The notes under the pieces are model-generated. The model saw nothing but the letters and a program-made list of their open reading frames with translations, was not told where the DNA came from and ran no database searches. Both the position numbers and the translations under genes were made by a program. Positions 62,887 through 64,000 of a stretch of DNA of 64,000 nucleotides are shown here, piece by piece. Each line of letters opens with the position of its first letter. Within the stretch, counting starts at the first letter, position 1. This stretch comes from Selaginella moellendorffii (taxonomy: Eukaryota > Plantae > Lycopodiophyta), in assembly GCF_000143415.4 (NCBI RefSeq), contig NW_003314281.1, forward strand, positions 1,069,584 to 1,133,583, in the 5' to 3' direction.

Positions 62887-63327
62887 GATGGCATGTATTT
62901 ATTTAAAAATGTAACTTATTATGGCATGGGGTTCCATGCCATTGTATTAATATTAAAAGACAATTCTTTGAGAGGATTTGCATTATACTAGAAGTGTTAC
63001 AGCATGTTATTGGAAGTCTACGAAGTTGTTTTATTAATAATGGGAAAGTAAAGATTGAATGGGGACTTGGGCTCCACCTAGACTCGGAGCAACTGAGCCA
63101 ATATTAAAAGGATGGAAAGAAATTGGACGACGATGACAAGGAGAAGAGAGAGGTGAAGCAGTGGCAGGGGGAGGAGAAGTGATTGAGTAGACATTTCCTT
63201 GTTTAAAATAAAATGGCATGTGCCTCAATGCAGTTGAATTTTGTTATATTTATATACTATATAAAGGTTTGGAAACCTTATTTTACAAGTGGGATAATGA
63301 CAATTCCCACTTTAACGAAATAGAGCT

Positions 63328-64000
63328 TGACTCGTGTCCTCATCCATACTTGACCTCTCACGGTCATCCATTCCGGTCTCACCTTTATGAGCACCAGCCT
63401 CAACCATGTGAGGATAAACTCGTGACTCCTTTATTGTTTTTAGAGTCTCTATCTTCCCCGTGATCCCAACTATAGTTGTTTACCCCAACTACATTAGCCC
63501 GTTTGCTGGGTCAAACGCTCATCTGGATCACCTCCTCAACTCAATGAGGAAAACCTTGCACTGTTCCCAAGATCCCAAAGTCGTTCCATTATTGGCCCCT
63601 TTTCTATCCACCACCTTGTCTACAAGTTCACACATGAACTGTAATGGAGAGCCATGTCTTCCCGACCTGCTACTCCTCAAGGATAGGCCCACTTCTTGGA
63701 CCTTCTGTTGCCAACACCAGTGGTGATATACTTGAGCACCAATAAAAGTCGGACTAAGGAACAGCTCCGATACCAAATTGTAAGCGACTAATTTTTCCAT
63801 TCTACTTTAGTCACTTAACCACACCTCCGACCACTTGGAGGAGTCTCATTCACAACCTCCATAAGTCCAATTCAGGACTTGGGACTTGCTAGCCCCAAGA
63901 ATGGCATCCATGCCACTCAACACTTGCACCTGGTCCAAGTGCTCCACGTGTCCGGTCCCAAGACCGACACCCAAAGTACCACTGACATATCGCCCGTTAC
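63328..64000 (-). mobile_element. 5' end of an LTR retrotransposon: short LTR (63779 to window edge), Met-tRNA PBS and truncated leader
   Basis: The minus strand reads (T)GTAACGGG...CGCTTACA, 3 nt, then TGGTATCGGAGC (63775-63764), matching the initiator-Met PBS consensus TGGTATCAGAGC at 11 of 12 positions. Confidence 0.75.

Larger units (their letters stand above)
50609..63232. repeat. Dispersed 22-bp imperfect palindrome ATGGCRTG-N6-CAYGCCAT, more than 20 copies
   Basis: Copies at 50609, 50662 (half), 52001, 52058, 53895, 53965, 54063, 54675, 54750, ~55652, ~55727, 56467, ~56547, 57292, 57369, 57429, 58706, 60205, 60346, 60537, 61769, 61844, 62921 and 63213. Confidence 0.9.
50072..63323. 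mobile_element. 13,252-bp cut-and-paste DNA transposon (Sola-like DDD transposase) with cargo gene
   Basis: Perfect 19-bp TIRs CTATTTCGTTAAAGTGGGA (50072-50090) and TCCCACTTTAACGAAATAG (63305-63323), flanked by AGCT on both sides (50068-50071, 63324-63327). Encloses two divergent genes. Confidence 0.88.

Overview
Eukaryotic, intron-rich land-plant nuclear DNA. Very short introns (about 45-95 nt), tiny intergenic gaps, tandem 31-aa PPR repeats and a CVNH lectin point to a lycophyte such as Selaginella (inference). Bases 1-39 kb are gene-dense: a head-to-head pair of jacalin/aerolysin-type (natterin-like) pore-forming protein genes spanning an assembly gap, NTAN1, an alpha/beta hydrolase, a CVNH lectin, an unknown acidic protein, FtsHi1, plastid aspartate aminotransferase, UFM1, an ERCC6L2/SWI2-like SNF2 ATPase, two PLS-PPR genes, organellar IF-2, a CASP-like gene, EAF6, tomosyn-like and XTH. 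A tandem duplication next to tomosyn carries two unannotated spliced mini-genes that encode only a tomosyn-type soluble R-SNARE tail. Bases 39-50 kb hold relics (Crinkler-like kinase, PEX10, Ty3/gypsy, a solo LTR) and an AT-rich PLAT gene. Bases 50,072-63,323 are a 13.25-kb DNA transposon with 19-bp TIRs and AGCT on both flanks. It encodes a Sola-like DDD transposase (one in-frame stop) and a divergent 11-exon ~1,640-aa cargo protein (ParB-like + DNA-methyltransferase-like + FCP1-type HAD phosphatase), and it carries more than 20 copies of a 22-bp palindrome. The window ends in the LTR and PBS of another retrotransposon. All gene models and family calls were made by eye, without database searches.
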